The notes beneath the pieces were generated by a model, which made no database searches, had not been told where the DNA came from, and worked only from the letters and a program-made list of their open reading frames with translations. Shown here piece after piece: positions 13,572 to 27,843 of a stretch of DNA of 64,000 nucleotides. The stretch is from contig OZ024743.1 of assembly GCA_964016885.1 (NCBI GenBank), forward strand, positions 54,932,001 to 54,996,000. The letters run 5' to 3'. The translations under genes were made by a program, and so were the position numbers. This DNA comes from Eledone cirrhosa. Its lineage: Eukaryota. Position 1 is the stretch's first letter; every line of letters starts with the position of its first letter.

Positions 13572-14568
13572 TATACGTATACATATATACTGCTTCTTTA
13601 ATACGTGACAGGAGTATGTGAAAACTGAGTCGTCTGCCTGATTGGTTACATACGTTGAAAATCAGTGAAGCATGCAAGTAACGACACGCGGCTTAAGTCA
13701 CAAGAGATTATGATATATGCAGTCGAAACAGAACTGCATAAATCTAAGGACAATGAATCGTATAATATGCATCGAATGCACCGATTGACAATGTAGTTTG
13801 TATTTCAATATAATTCTATTCTTGTTAGCAGGAGAAATATGTTTTTTATTCAAAAATTAGAATATTAATTCTAAACCGGGTCTTGGAGCCCAAGTTTGTC
13901 GACCTACTCATGATGGGCCCTGGAAAATGATTACTAATCTCTGATCTCCATCAGGCGAACGACAATAACCTGGTATCAACCCACACGCAAGAAGCAGCTG
14001 TGTCTTCGTGGGTTGATACTCGGAGTTTCTCTTAGTCCTATTCTTGTTGGTTTTGGATAAGATAGTGAATCATGTGTATGTATGTACACAAACATACACA
14101 CATATTTGTGTACCCCTGTCGTCAATAATGATGGCAATAGCGTTGAAGGTATTTAAATTTTTTAGTTCAGTATTTGTATGTGAGTACTCGGAAATTTACG
14201 TTTTGATAAGTTCGTGTTTTGCATAATAGAAACCATATAGTTTATGTTAATTACTGACACGCGGAAATAAATAAAAATAAAAATGATATTTTAATAATTT
14301 ATTTCCAGACTATAATTACATAAATGTTCAGCATATATGTGCAAATAACATACAATATTGAATGTTGACTAACGTAGGAGAAATAGCTAATTATAAGTAA
14401 AAATGTAAAATTATAAGCTACAATCTTGTGATATGAAAGCGATCTTTTGACTAATATACGAAATGTATTGTGTAAATATATGTGTGTAAATTATAAAGTT
14501 CCAAACGCACGCACGCACACACACACACACACACACACATACACACACACATACATATATATATATAT

Positions 14569-14980
14569 ATTTTTTCTTTTGGTCGTTTTGGAAGCCTCAA
14601 CAATGCAGATGGGTAATTCTCCGGGTAACAGGATCCGGTGGAATGTAGAATGAGATGTATATTGTGTAGAGGAACGTAGGAAAGAGCGTAAAAAAAAAGT
14701 CACAAACAGCGAACAGCAGAGGACACGTACCGTCCCTCTCCGACAGATAACTTCCCCCACCCCCGGAAAACCCCCCAGTTGATGGATGCGAATCCGAAAT
14801 ATAGGGACAATTAAATTTTTCCCAAGGTAACTCTATCTCGTGTTATTATTTTTATTTTTTACGCTCTTTCCTATGTTCCTCTACACATTATACATCTCAT
14901 TCTACATTCCACCCGATCCTGTTACCCGGAGACTTACCCATCTGCATTGTTGAGGCTTCCAAAACGACCAAAAGAAAATA
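14569..14980. repeat. ~130-bp inverted repeat with a ~155-bp spacer, next to a TA tract
   Basis: tttcttttggtcgttttggaagcc...gagcgtaaaaaaa versus tttttacgctc...ggcttccaaaacgaccaaaagaaa. Confidence 0.88.
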
Positions 14981-15039
14981 GATTTTATTATTCTACAATG
15001 CTTCAAGCAAACTTCAATACTCTCTTCCCTTCCCTTTTG

Positions 15040-15599
<560 letters not shown>

Positions 15600-16576
15600 T
15601 AGATATATAGTGGGACATTCTAATATAGATCCTGGTAAAGATGAGAGAAGCTCGATGCAATCCAGATTTCTTGATACAGCAGTAATCTCAAACGCTGCAG
15701 AGCTCATAAATTATCAATTGAAAAAAGAACGAAGTTTTATTTAAAACATATCTTTATTCTATATATGTTTTAATATAGAGCGGTGGGCCATACCACGATA
15801 CATACGAGGTATTTATTCATCGTTCTACATATCTTCATATAGTCCGAACCCGTCTACCATGGGAATTTGTGGGGCGACACATGCGGAGGACATGTCGCAG
15901 GACCACTCTAATCTAATGCGGGTACACTTATCATCAAGAAGGTTACCAGTTGATTAAGAGAGCACCGAACTGAGTTATGTACAGATGTTATGTACAGATG
16001 TTTGGCAGCGAGGCAGACCAGAGACATGTGCGGCAGTGTTGGTCCAAGTGAGACTTGATCTACTATTTTAACTGGCAAAAATCTTCAATTTTTCATCCAC
16101 TTCATAATATAATGAATCTTCACAAGATTTGCTACTGATATTCAGATCCAAAACATAATAAACCCCGAACAAAATCTCCTGCCCCCCCCCCCCCCCCCCC
16201 CCCGTCCATACCCTCAAAAAACGGCAAAAATATTCAACCATTATACAAGTACACCTGATACACTTCTCACATCAAGAAAACCATCACAACAACAACAGCA
16301 GCTGCAGGTGGAGACAAACAATAAAAGTACATCTTCCTGTCTACTCTTCACATCAATACCAAAAATAATGAAGCCACAAACACTAGAGATTTCTCTTCTG
16401 ATCCACTCCCTATCTCTAGCTGACATTTCCGTTGTCAACGACGACAATATGGCCGCGATGTTATTGTGTGTACTATACCATGTGTCCTACAATTTACAAC
16501 TCGGCAATAAGTAACACTGATACACCCCTCCCAACTGGCTCAAGGGAACCGTCAGAGTGGCAACTGATTGGATATA

Positions 16577-16660
<84 letters not shown>

Positions 16661-16869
16661 TGAGGAATGAAATAATTATAAAAATATTCTTCATTTTGTG
16701 GGATTAAAGAAAAAATAATCTTTAAATATAGTTCTGTGCATTTTGACTTTCTTTTTAGTTATATATATATGTATATATATATATATATATATATGTGTGT
16801 ATGTATATTATAAAGTACGAGGAACTAGTATTGCATCAAATCACAATTTATTAACATATTACATATGTT

Positions 16870-16967
<98 letters not shown>

Positions 16968-17348
16968 GGAAAAAATAAACGGAAACAATATACCAAGCAA
17001 CAGAGTACAATAATATATTAGTTTAACGCTCGATTTAGAAGGAAAAAGTATTTACGTTTGGGACACTACTCCTTCATCAGAAGTTAGAATGAAAAATAAA
17101 AGACGAAATAGAAATATAGAGTGAGAAAAGGAAAGAACGAAAAAACAATTGTTTAAGGAGAAAACTTAAAAAATTATTTTTTTTAAATAAATATACAAAG
17201 GACACAGAAGTTAGGCAGTTTCAACCCCAACCATCGGTACTGCTCCTCCATCTGAGGTCACAGCATCTGACATATCCCAAACACTGTCCAAAAGAGAGAG
17301 AGAGAGAGACGAAAGACAAAAGTAATTTACTCTCTATGTTGGTTTGAA

Positions 17349-17672
17349 AGCGCGTGGCTTTATGGTTGGGATATTCGTCTCACAATCGTAAGGTCGTGAA
17401 CTCGATTCCCGGTGGCGCGTTGTACCCTTGAACAAGACACTTTCTTTGCTGTTGCTCCAGTCAACTCAGTTGTCAAAAATGAGTTGTACCTGTAATTCGC
17501 AAAGCCAGTCTTGTCACATTCTGTTTCGCGCCGAATCTTCCCGAGAACTACGTTAAAAGTACGCGTGTCTGTGGGATGGGATGCTCAGCCACTTGCACGT
17601 TAATTTCACGAGCAAACTTTTCCATTGATCGGATCAACTGGACTCGTCGTCGTAACCGACGGAGTGCCAGTT
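17349..17672 (+). mobile_element. tRNA-derived SINE (relatives at 34141-34480 +, 37357-37560 +, 54530-54605 -)
   Basis: gcgcgtggct..tggttgg A box and actcgattccc B box, then ttgaacaagacacttt...gttgctccagtc.actcag. Confidence 0.75.
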
Positions 17673-18279
17673 CTTTTTAAGTGTGCATGTGTATGTGTGT
17701 GTTTCTCTCTATATATAGCTCTATGTCTGTATGTGTGTGTATGTGTGTATGTGTGTGTTTCTCTACATATATAGCTCTATGTCTGTGCATGTGTGTGTGT
17801 GTGTGTATGTGTGTGTGTGTGTTTATCTACATATATAGCTGTCTGAGTATGTGTGTGTGTGTGTGTTTATCTACATATATAGCTCTTTGTCTGAGTATGT
17901 ATGTGTGTGAGTGCTTGTACAAACACACGCATATATAAATATGAACATCATAAACGTGTTTTACAGTTCAGTAAATGTCACCAGAATAAATTCATTCCAC
18001 TCCCTTCTCTACCTGGTGCCCTCAAGGGACCCGTCAGAATGGCAACTGATTGGGTTGTAGATGTCTTATCGATGATACTTGTCGAGTGATCAATGTGACA
18101 CCAGTGTCATCAATGCCCTTAGTGCCACACAGTGCCACACGGCAGTCAATTAACATAAGCAACGCGGTCAAATTCTCGCTGATTGACAGTCATCATTGTA
18201 AAACACTTGAGGCACAATGCGGGAAGTATGGGAGCTGTGATGGTAATTATTTCAACATTGACACACACAGAAACACACG

Positions 18280-18401
<122 letters not shown>

Positions 18402-18517
18402 AATGAAGCTGTCAAGGTAATTATTCTTAGCGTGGAGTTAACATGCTTCCAGCCGCAAGGATATATTAGCCAGTATATTCGATTAGACATAATTTAAATA
18501 TATTTGAGCCTCTGATA

Positions 18518-18618
<101 letters not shown>

Positions 18619-18663
18619 GTGACGAAACATAAGTCAATTGCATGAACTCATAATCCTTTATTT

Positions 18664-18719
18664 ACTGCTATATATATTTCGATGATAGCCATTGAATGTC
18701 TATGACCTCATCAGGCAGT
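18664..18719 (-). ncRNA. type I hammerhead ribozyme in a decayed PLE 3' end (~18620-19100)
   Basis: acugc-CUGAUGA-g gucauagaca uucaa uggcuaucauc-GAAA-uauaua-UA-gcagu, followed by AAUAAA. Confidence 0.8.
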
Positions 18720-19281
18720 TAGTCAGTTCTTAGATATGCCAGCTCTGTTTATGGTGTTAATTGTATCAGAGCCTTGGGAATATGAGCTTGTTACGACTAA
18801 TTTAATGTTGTCAGCAGGAATAATCTTAATTCTCATTGATCAGTTTGTAGATGCTAGTAGGGTTGGTATTTGACCTCAAAGAGGCAGGTGGCGTTGTAAA
18901 GTTGAAACCACCAGGCAAGATGACAATAGTTCCATATTTTCACAAAAAGCATTCCTGGTCAGATATATATTCAATTGGGGTTTATAGTATGAAATTCGAT
19001 ACTACAGGTCAATCTTAAATTGAGAAATTTTTGTAGGGTGGTACTACTGAAAATTTATCGTTAGAGTAGAATACTAGAACATTTACATATAAAAAGACTT
19101 ATGTTGGTTGACTTGCACATACATTCACACCCACCCCCACAGACACACGCACACATCCAGACATACAAATTGAGGAATTTATGTGGGGTGATAATACTGA
19201 AAATTGTGGTAAGAGTCAAATACTTAGAGAATTTAAAAATAAAAAGACCTATGTTGGTTGACATGTTGACCTATGCTGGTT

Positions 19282-19367
<86 letters not shown>

Positions 19368-19368
<1 letters not shown>

Positions 19369-19710
19369 TGTTAGGTCATTCCGAAGGAAAAGCAAAAGAA
19401 AAATAGAGTGCTCTATGTAAACAGAGCTATCTAATTAGAAAGTGAACACCACAAAATATTACTACTCCATCACCAAACGTTTCTGGTTCCCAGACAATAT
19501 TAATATATGTCTCTATCGATCATCAGATAGAGATGTTATGGATAAAAAATCTCATTTCATATTTTTTATCTCATAATCTCATTTCATATATTTTTCTATA
19601 ACATCTCTATCTGATGACCGATCCTGACGTTTATTAATATTGTCTGGGATCCAGAAACCTTTGGTAATGGAGTAGTTATATTTTGTGTTCCCTTTTGTGT
19701 TGTTCAATTA
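19368..19710. mobile_element. fold-back HHR element between TA tracts; HHRs at 19605-19672 (+) and 19465-19532 (-, mutated cleavage site)
   Basis: cucuau-CUGAUGA-stem II-GAAA-cc uuu gg-UA-auggag. Same tail family as the element at 5691. Confidence 0.78.
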
Positions 19711-20097
19711 ATATATATATATATTATATATATAAAAACAAATAGTAGAAAGGAAAAAAGATTTTTTCAGTAGAAAATGCTGAAGAAATTTTTTCAGTGT
19801 AATATCAAAATATATATTTTTTTAAATATATTTATAAAGTGAATATTTCCGCATTTAATAATCGTACCGGTTTCAGCATTGTATGCATTGTCAACTGGGT
19901 ATATGTATAATATGGTTAAGTTCCATATTTATAGAAATAATAATAATAAAAAGAGGAAGAAAAATTATTAATTTTTACATACATATTTTGAAAGGAGAGT
20001 TCATATTTCTGTCCGTGGTTGTCCTTCTTTCTCTGTTAGTAGGCTATCTACTTATATATACATACATATATACATACATACATAGATACATACATAG

Positions 20098-20128
<31 letters not shown>

Positions 20129-20130
20129 CA

Positions 20131-20197
<67 letters not shown>

Positions 20198-20329
20198 TGA
20201 AACAAAAAATTCCATTTCTCACTCTTAGTATGGCACTTACTTAAATGTAAGTATGCATGTATACGTACATACATATATGTATACAGACGTATATACTTTC
20301 GAACGTTCAACTATCTGGCAGATGGGTAA

Positions 20330-20372
20330 ACGGTGCTGATGATAGCTAACAAGCTTGAAACTAGTACATCGT
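20330..20372 (+). ncRNA. minimal type I hammerhead ribozyme, copy 1
   Basis: acggug-CUGAUGA-u agcu aaca agcu u-GAAA-cuag-UA-caucgu. Confidence 0.9.
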
Positions 20373-20800
20373 TCCTGTGTCAGTGTTGAACAAAAAGGTG
20401 ACGTGGTTGCCTTAACACCGTATGGCATAAATTCAGGCTGTTCAGTTTGTTTACAAACGAACAAAGCAACGTTATAATAAGCGCCGCTAAACTGATACGT
20501 GCATATATGTATGTGTACCTGTATGCATATGTATGTATATATGTATATATATATATATATGTGCATGCTACTGTACGTCTGTATACATATATGTATGTAC
20601 GTATACATGCATACTTATATTTAAGTAAGTGCCATACTAAGAATGAGAAATGAAATTTCGTTTTCATTTTGTTTCAATTTATCGTTTTCGGTATGCCTGA
20701 CCGATTTAACTCACTCAATATGCAAATTAGGCTGCTCAGCCTTAATTTTCATAAGGAAAGTATATACTTTCGAACGTTCAACTATCTGGCAGATGGGTAA

Positions 20801-20843
20801 ACGGTGCTGATGATAGCTAACAAGCTTGAAACTAGTACATCGT
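20801..20843 (+). ncRNA. minimal type I hammerhead ribozyme, copy 2
   Basis: identical to copy 1, offset +471. Confidence 0.9.
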
Positions 20844-21271
20844 TCCTGTGTCAGTGTTGAACAAAAAGGTGACGTGGTTGCCTTAACACCGTATGGCATA
20901 AATTCAGGCTGTTCAGTTTGTTTACAAACGAACAAAGCGACGTTATAATAAGCGCCGCTAAACTGATACGTGCATATATGTATGTGTACCTGTATGCATA
21001 TGTATGTATATATGTATATATATATATATATGTGCATGCTACTGTACGTCTGTATACATATATGTATGTACGTATACATGCATACTTACATTTAAGTAAG
21101 TGCCATACTAAGAGTGAGAAATGAAATTTCGTTTTCATTTTGTTTCAATTTATCGTTTTCGGTATGCCTGACCGATTTAACTCACTCAATATGCAAATTA
21201 GGCTGCTCAGCCTTAATTTTCATAAGGAAAGTATATACTTTCGAACGTTCAACTATCTGGCAGATGGGTAA

Positions 21272-21314
21272 ACGGTGCTGATGATAGCTAACAAGCTTGA
21301 AACTAGTACATCGT
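21272..21314 (+). ncRNA. minimal type I hammerhead ribozyme, copy 3
   Basis: identical to copy 1, offset +942. Confidence 0.9.
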
Positions 21315-21558
21315 TCCTGTGTCAGTGTTGAACAAAAAGGTGACGTGGTTGCCTTAACACCGTATGGCATAAATTCAGGCTGTTCAGTTTGTTTACAAAC
21401 GAACAAAGCGACGTTATAATAAGCGCCGCTAAACTGATACGTGCATATATGTATGTGTACCTGTATGCATATGTATGTATATATGTATATATATATATAT
21501 ATGTGCATGCTACTGTACGTCTGTATACATATATGTATGTACGTATACATGCATACTT

Positions 21559-21642
<84 letters not shown>

Positions 21643-22129
21643 ATGTATGTATGTGTATGTGTGTGTGTGTGATCCTGTGTTGATATATATTTTTACGTAT
21701 AAAGTACGTTTTCTATTATGTTTTCAGACATCATATATAGAAGATAGGGCAACGTACGAGGTTTCCCTTTTTTTTTGTTGTTGTTTTAATATTCAACCTT
21801 CTTTTCTTATTCCCCTAGTAGTTGTTTACATTTAGTTTGGAAGACTAGCGTCCCTATATCTATTGACATTTCAAAACTTTCTCAACTCCTTCATGTAGAT
21901 GAGACGTTTATAGTGGTGTTTTGCTGTTGTGTACTCTATGTAGTTGTAAGGGATTATAGGAATTATGTGGAAAGTTAGAATTTGTCATCGCCAGGTTTAA
22001 AATTGTGTAAAAATTAACCCCTGTTTTACTTCCATAGCATCTTCTCTCTTTTTTTTTATTTGTTTTGATTTTGGGGTTGTATTTTGCTATTAACCCTTTC
22101 CATAAAGCAAGGCTATATCATTATCATCT

Positions 22130-22488
22130 TTTCCACCTTCTTCAACCGCTTCTTCTTTGTAGGGTGGTGGAAGCAGGGTCCTCAATCACGCCTTCCAGCA
22201 GATTTGTGTGAATTAACCGTCTCCAAGTGATCCGGCTGGAACCCCAAACGAGACCAGCCGAGCCCATGGATGTTATCCAAACATCTTGATTGGGGTTTAA
22301 CCATGGGTCTCGTACCGATTGGCTTAGACATTCTAACCACATGGACTTTACTGGGGTGGCTTAACAAAGAGATACCTCTATAATTGAAACAATCATTCTT
22401 GTCTTCACTTTTGAAAATTAGGATTATCATTCCTGATTGCGATTTCTTACGTGCCTTTCCAGAGACCAAGGCCCTCCAGTACACATGC
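22130..22488 (-). mobile_element. RTE-like LINE fragments (RT N-terminal region joined to the 3' end)
   Basis: IILIFKSEDKNDCFNYRGISLLSHPSKV; RPMVKPQSRCLDNIHGLGWSRLG. Confidence 0.75.
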
Positions 22489-22489
22489 G

Positions 22490-23940
22490 TCAGCTAGGAG
22501 ATATATTGCAATCTCTAACCAACGCTGCAGGAATTGACGATGGGCCTGCGACCTATCCTGAGAGGTTTGGGATGGAATCACAAATATTACGTATCCTGAG
22601 ACCACATTGAGGGTCTGCAAGGGAAGAAACCATGACAATTTGCAACTAAAACCTTACAACCCTTACAGGCAAGGAATAGGAAGTAGTGAACCGAGCTAGA
22701 TACTACCAGCTAGATATACTCGGGATTTAGTCAACAAAGTTCCGTGACTCTGGTACTGAAGTTTTGGATGTAGGATGGAAAATCTAATATTCATTTGAGA
22801 TGCCAGAAAACACTGCACAGGTGGGTGTGGGTATACCCACAAGCCCCTGGGTTTTAGAATGTACTATGGACTGGATCCAACTGGGAGTTGAAGCATGGGC
22901 TGAAAGAAAGGTTTCTGTCGGATGTGCATGTACATGCGCCAAACAGATCCAGAATACGAACCCTCTCTTTATTAAGTCACTGCAGTGTTAGATGTAGTTA
23001 ATTCTGAGCCATATATGTTGATGGGAGACTTCAATGCAAATGTTGGCACTGCCCACCTTACATAGAAGGAGTGATTGAAAGGAACGGCGATAGTGATTTA
23101 AACACGAACAGAGAGGTCTTATTAGACTTTTGTTCTAGTAATGGGCTGTCTATTATGAACACCTTCTAACACGAAATCATCCACAAATAATCACAGCATA
23201 AGGAGAACCAGAGAACACAGACCAATAATCTATTTTGATATTGTCTCTGACCGCTTCGATTCTATGCTGGATATTCTTGTTAAGAAAAATGCTGGACTGT
23301 CAACTGATCACTATCTAGTCATATGTAACCTACGTCTAACTAAAGCCAGGAAAGGCCACACAAATTGCAGGTCCAGCTCGATCTATCGGATTAAGTGCGA
23401 AGTGCTGGCAGATAAGGAAATGGAGAACAAATTCAGAGAATTCCCTGAGAAAACTGAGGACGTTGAAACTGAGTGGCGACTGTTCAGCCAGGCAGGTTTT
23501 GCTTCAGTTGCGGGTGGAAACGGTTTGGTGTGTCACAGGGTAGCATGAGCATCCTTTTGTTCAATGAAGTGATCAAAGATGCTATCCAAGCAAAGAAAAG
23601 TCATAGAAAGCTTGACTTGGACATACTTCCTCCTTCTTGAACTTGCCTTCCGAATAGACAAGAAAAGTCGCCACAGAGACAGGAAAGGCATCTAACGTTC
23701 TGAGAAGAGAGAACTCTCGAGTTAAGCTGAAATTCGTCTTCAGGTATGTTCTGGCAAACCAATCGCTGACTTCGTAATTAGAAGTCCTCCTCCACCCCTT
23801 CTATCAGGGACGCGTCTCACATCTCTTCATATAGGTGCATCCTCGTGAGGCGGAGAGAATACTTTGCTGATCTAAACCCGATAACAATATCATCTGATAT
23901 ACACAAGGTACATCTGGGAGCGATGTCTAACTTGCCCGCG
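22490..23940 (+). mobile_element. degenerate RTE-like LINE, AP-endonuclease region
   Basis: LMGDFNANVG (~23018) and GLSTDHYLVICNL (~23294), with many stops and frameshifts. Confidence 0.8.
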
Positions 23941-23951
23941 ATGTTAAAAAG

Positions 23952-23995
<44 letters not shown>

Positions 23996-23998
<3 letters not shown>

Positions 23999-24805
23999 GT
24001 ATATATATAAAATTAAGTATGTGTGTGTGTCTGTGTGACTGTGTATTACCTTATAGGGGCCTACATCTTACGACCGATTTTCATGAAACTTTACAGGCTC
24101 ATAGATTAGTCATCAGCGAGTGCTTTCTATATCAGCGTATCGTTCTTTTATTCCGAGGTCATTCTGCAGATAAAAATTGATAGGGGGGGGGGGGGGGGGT
24201 CACCTTTTTTTAGGTATCGAAAAATAACATTTTTGGCTCTAGCTCCCACATTTTGCCATTGATTTCATTCAAATTTTAAAGCAAAATAGAATTTATCATT
24301 GCACATCCTGTAACGCTTTATATTTTGCATTTGTTTTTCAGGGACGGCGTGCCAGCTGCTTAAATATTAAAAAATACCACTTTTAGACTCCAATTTCCAC
24401 TTTTTCGGCTCTAGCTCCCACATTAATCAACCTACTTTGTTCAAATTTTACACTACGCTAGATCTGATTATTTCACGTCTTAAAGTGGCTTTACATTTTG
24501 GATTATTTGTTCAGGAACGGCGTGGCACCCGCTTAAATATTCGAAAATACCACCTTTTCGCTCAAATGTCCGCCTTTTCGGCTCTAACTCCCATATTTTT
24601 CAACCGATTTCGTTCAAATTCGAAACTCCTTCCCCCAGCACGCCCCTTCGTCAGTCACCCGCATTTCTCAGTGATAGAGGTCATCACCACGCTCCCCCAC
24701 ATGGCCTGTGTGATGAGTCATCGAGAAGCAGTCGCTAAGATCAACACATTTTCATCAAAGCAAATATTATTTTACCTACCCAGACAACGCTGGCTACTGT
24801 TGCTA

Positions 24806-24806
<1 letters not shown>
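23996..24806 (+). mobile_element. non-autonomous Helitron-like element inserted in (TA)n
   Basis: 5' TC terminus, then a gtgtgtctgt microsatellite and accgattttcatgaaact motif. Subterminal hairpin ccag acaacg ctgg and 3' CTAG. Confidence 0.75.
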
Positions 24807-24861
<55 letters not shown>

Positions 24862-26221
24862 CAGGCTGTGTGGTTACTGTAAACAAAGTTTAAGATGGTA
24901 ATATGGACAAAACAAGAGAAGAAACCCTTCATATATATAAATGTGTGTGTGTGCGTGTGTGTGTGTGTATAGGAGTGAGCGATATTAATGTATGGGTAAA
25001 TTTATATATTTACATATATGCATATTTTTAGTTGTTTTTTTTTTTAAATAAATATCTGTTAACATACCTATTTATTTGAATATAATCCTACATTTAGCTT
25101 CCAAGAAAATTAATAACATTGAGTATTTATTAAATCATGTTTAAATCATAGTAATTTATCAGTGTACAAGTAGTGTAAATATGGGTACAAGATTCACTCA
25201 ATATGCCCCTCCTATCGATCCCCTGATAGACTTGGCATTATATATATATATATATCTTTACCTTTAATCCTGGAGAGGGATGGGCTTAGCCCGGCCCAAG
25301 AAACGCCGTATGTCACTATCGCGCCCCTACGGACTACCAGGACTTACGTGACCATACACATACATATCTTTATCTTATACTTCTTAAAATTTTTTAATCG
25401 CTGTCTTTCTATTTTCTTTAATTTCCCATTTGGTCTATTATCCCCCCTTCTCCTTTTTTTCTCTCCATTTTAATATGTAGCCTATATTAATAGCCTCTAT
25501 AAACCTCTATTAATACTTCTCTCTTTATATGTGAATATATACCCATATAAGTGAAAATGTGTATGTATACATGTATGGTATTTTACATACGATTATATAT
25601 AGTAATGTAATAGTAATTACTTATTTATTAACACCTTATATACATTCATATAAGTCAGAACTGTGTGTGCGTTTGTGTAATGAAGGCTTCACTTACATTA
25701 CAGTTATGTGTGTATCACTTGCAACACCTGATATGTTGTGTTTATGCTTATATATACGTGCACGGGTCTATAGTAAATAGCTGTCTGTGCTTTCGTGTTT
25801 GTGTGTCTATTCTTTTACGGAATTATTTTAAATAACTAAGTTACACCGCCTGTATCCGGTGTCTATCTAGTCATCTTCCTATTTGTTTTGACTTTGGTGG
25901 GACCCGACAGATTTTTATTACTAATGTCTAAACTGATCTGGTAAATTTATACTTTATAATTCATTGATACAGCTTACTCGAATATGAATAAAAACTTAGC
26001 CCATTCATGTGTTTCTACTGGATATTCCGTAGATTGCTATAGTATTTCTGTCTATATAAATTGACACATCAATTTTAATAATTTTTTTCCCAATGAAAAG
26101 ATGCAGATAAATTGATGTTTTATCATTGTTTTACGTTAATAATGTAATTACTTTTACTGTTAATTGTACTGTATATTTATCTACGTGTCAAAAAATAAAT
26201 GTTTTTAACTTGTCTTTCTCT

Positions 26222-26279
<58 letters not shown>

Positions 26280-26310
26280 TATATATATATTTATTAAAAT
26301 AACAGATTAA

Positions 26311-26361
26311 AGTTTAAGCAAAGAATTGCTGCTTTCACCCTTAACGGGATCTTCTGAAACT
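26311..26361 (-). ncRNA. type I hammerhead ribozyme with U4A core variant (family also at 45360-45500 and 54984-55139)
   Basis: aguuu-CAGAAGA-u ccc guuaa ggg u-GAAA-gcagcaauucuuugc-UU-aaacu. Confidence 0.72.
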
Positions 26362-26706
26362 AAAAAAATCAATCTGTGAACGCAGAAGTAAATATTTCTA
26401 AAAACGTTGCAACCGAAGGAAGACAGGAAGACGATACTTTGGTTCGTGGAGACGTTCCCTGGCTAAGAGCGGAAAAAAACGAAGATAATACGTCATTATT
26501 TGGAGCGTTGAGAACAATTACACGCAAAGACAACACCACGTTTATGGTATAACTGAAGTTGAAGACTAAAATTCTATTTAAGAAACCGAATGATTCTCGG
26601 CTTCAGAGTTAAGAATAATGTAAATAAATTACAGAGGTTATTGAAATCAACATTAATTAAATATATACATGCACGCATCCATATACGTACATACACATGC
26701 ATACGC

Positions 26707-26782
<76 letters not shown>

Positions 26783-27665
26783 GTTTTATGTTTATTAGGT
26801 GTATACGTTCGTATGTGTGCGGGTACAGCAGGCGTTGCGTGGGTGTTTGTATGCGCGCATGTTTTTGTGTACGTGCCTGTATTTGGCTACCTATGGCGGG
26901 TGTTTTCGAGTATGCATGTGTATGTACATATATGGATGCGTGCATGTATATATTTAATTATTGTTGATCTCCTTTTATCATTGCTGTGCTTGCTCTCCTT
27001 TTATCCTTCCTTTCCTTGCCTTCTTTTTTTCTCCTTTCCCTCCTTGCTCACCTTGCTCTCATTTTCTCCTTTTATTCTTACTCTCCTTTCCTCATTGCTC
27101 TACTTTCCTCTTTACTCCCCTCTCTCCTTACTCTCCTTTTCTCGCTGTATCTATGTACTTGTTTATACAAATACACTGAGAAAGGGGGACGAAGGAGAAT
27201 TATGAAAGCAAGGATAGTAAAGAGAGTATATAATTACATATATATAAATGTAGTATTACTGTCAATCACATAGGGATATATGTATATTAGGGTACCCATT
27301 AGCAATAGGTAATTTTCCGGAAGTTAAAATTTTGCTGTTCCCACAACGAAAAATAGGTGTCAGCCTTATACTTGCGCTCTGTCCCCAGCTTTGCAAGTTG
27401 CCTTCCGCATTATATTTATTATCACTTATCCTTCTGATACCAAGAATATGTCTAAACAAGTTTTTAATTTAAGAGAAAATTATATAAGGGATAAAATTTT
27501 TCATCTGAAAAAACGACTTTCCGGACGAAAACTTCAAAATTTCTCAATGAGGGTCGCCTTGCAGTTGACTGTTTAGCTACAATTTTGCATAGGTTGGTTT
27601 TTTGTTAATTGGAACAAGATAGGGGTGGTAGCTACACTTTTAGAAAGTTAAAAAATAAGCCCACC

Positions 27666-27762
<97 letters not shown>

Positions 27763-27843
27763 GGGGAGGGAGAATAAAAAGATTCGGAGTCAGTGTTGAG
27801 TCATATGTACATATTTTAAAGGCATATTACGATAACCAACATA

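Larger units (their letters stand above)
20196..21560 (+). mobile_element. retrozyme-like tandem array: 2.7 copies of a 471-bp non-coding unit, one HHR per unit, with a 5' inverted segment (20196-20290)
   Basis: Near-identical units with HHRs at 20330, 20801 and 21272 (exact 471-bp period), flanked by (TA)n. Confidence 0.88.

Noticed and set aside
17349-17420. tRNA genes at SINE heads
   Set aside because: A and B boxes are present, but there is no intact cloverleaf and the sequence continues into SINE bodies.
20289-21560. CRISPR array or repeated protein-coding gene
   Set aside because: The units are 471 bp with no unique spacers, and the ORFs are low-complexity. The context is eukaryotic.
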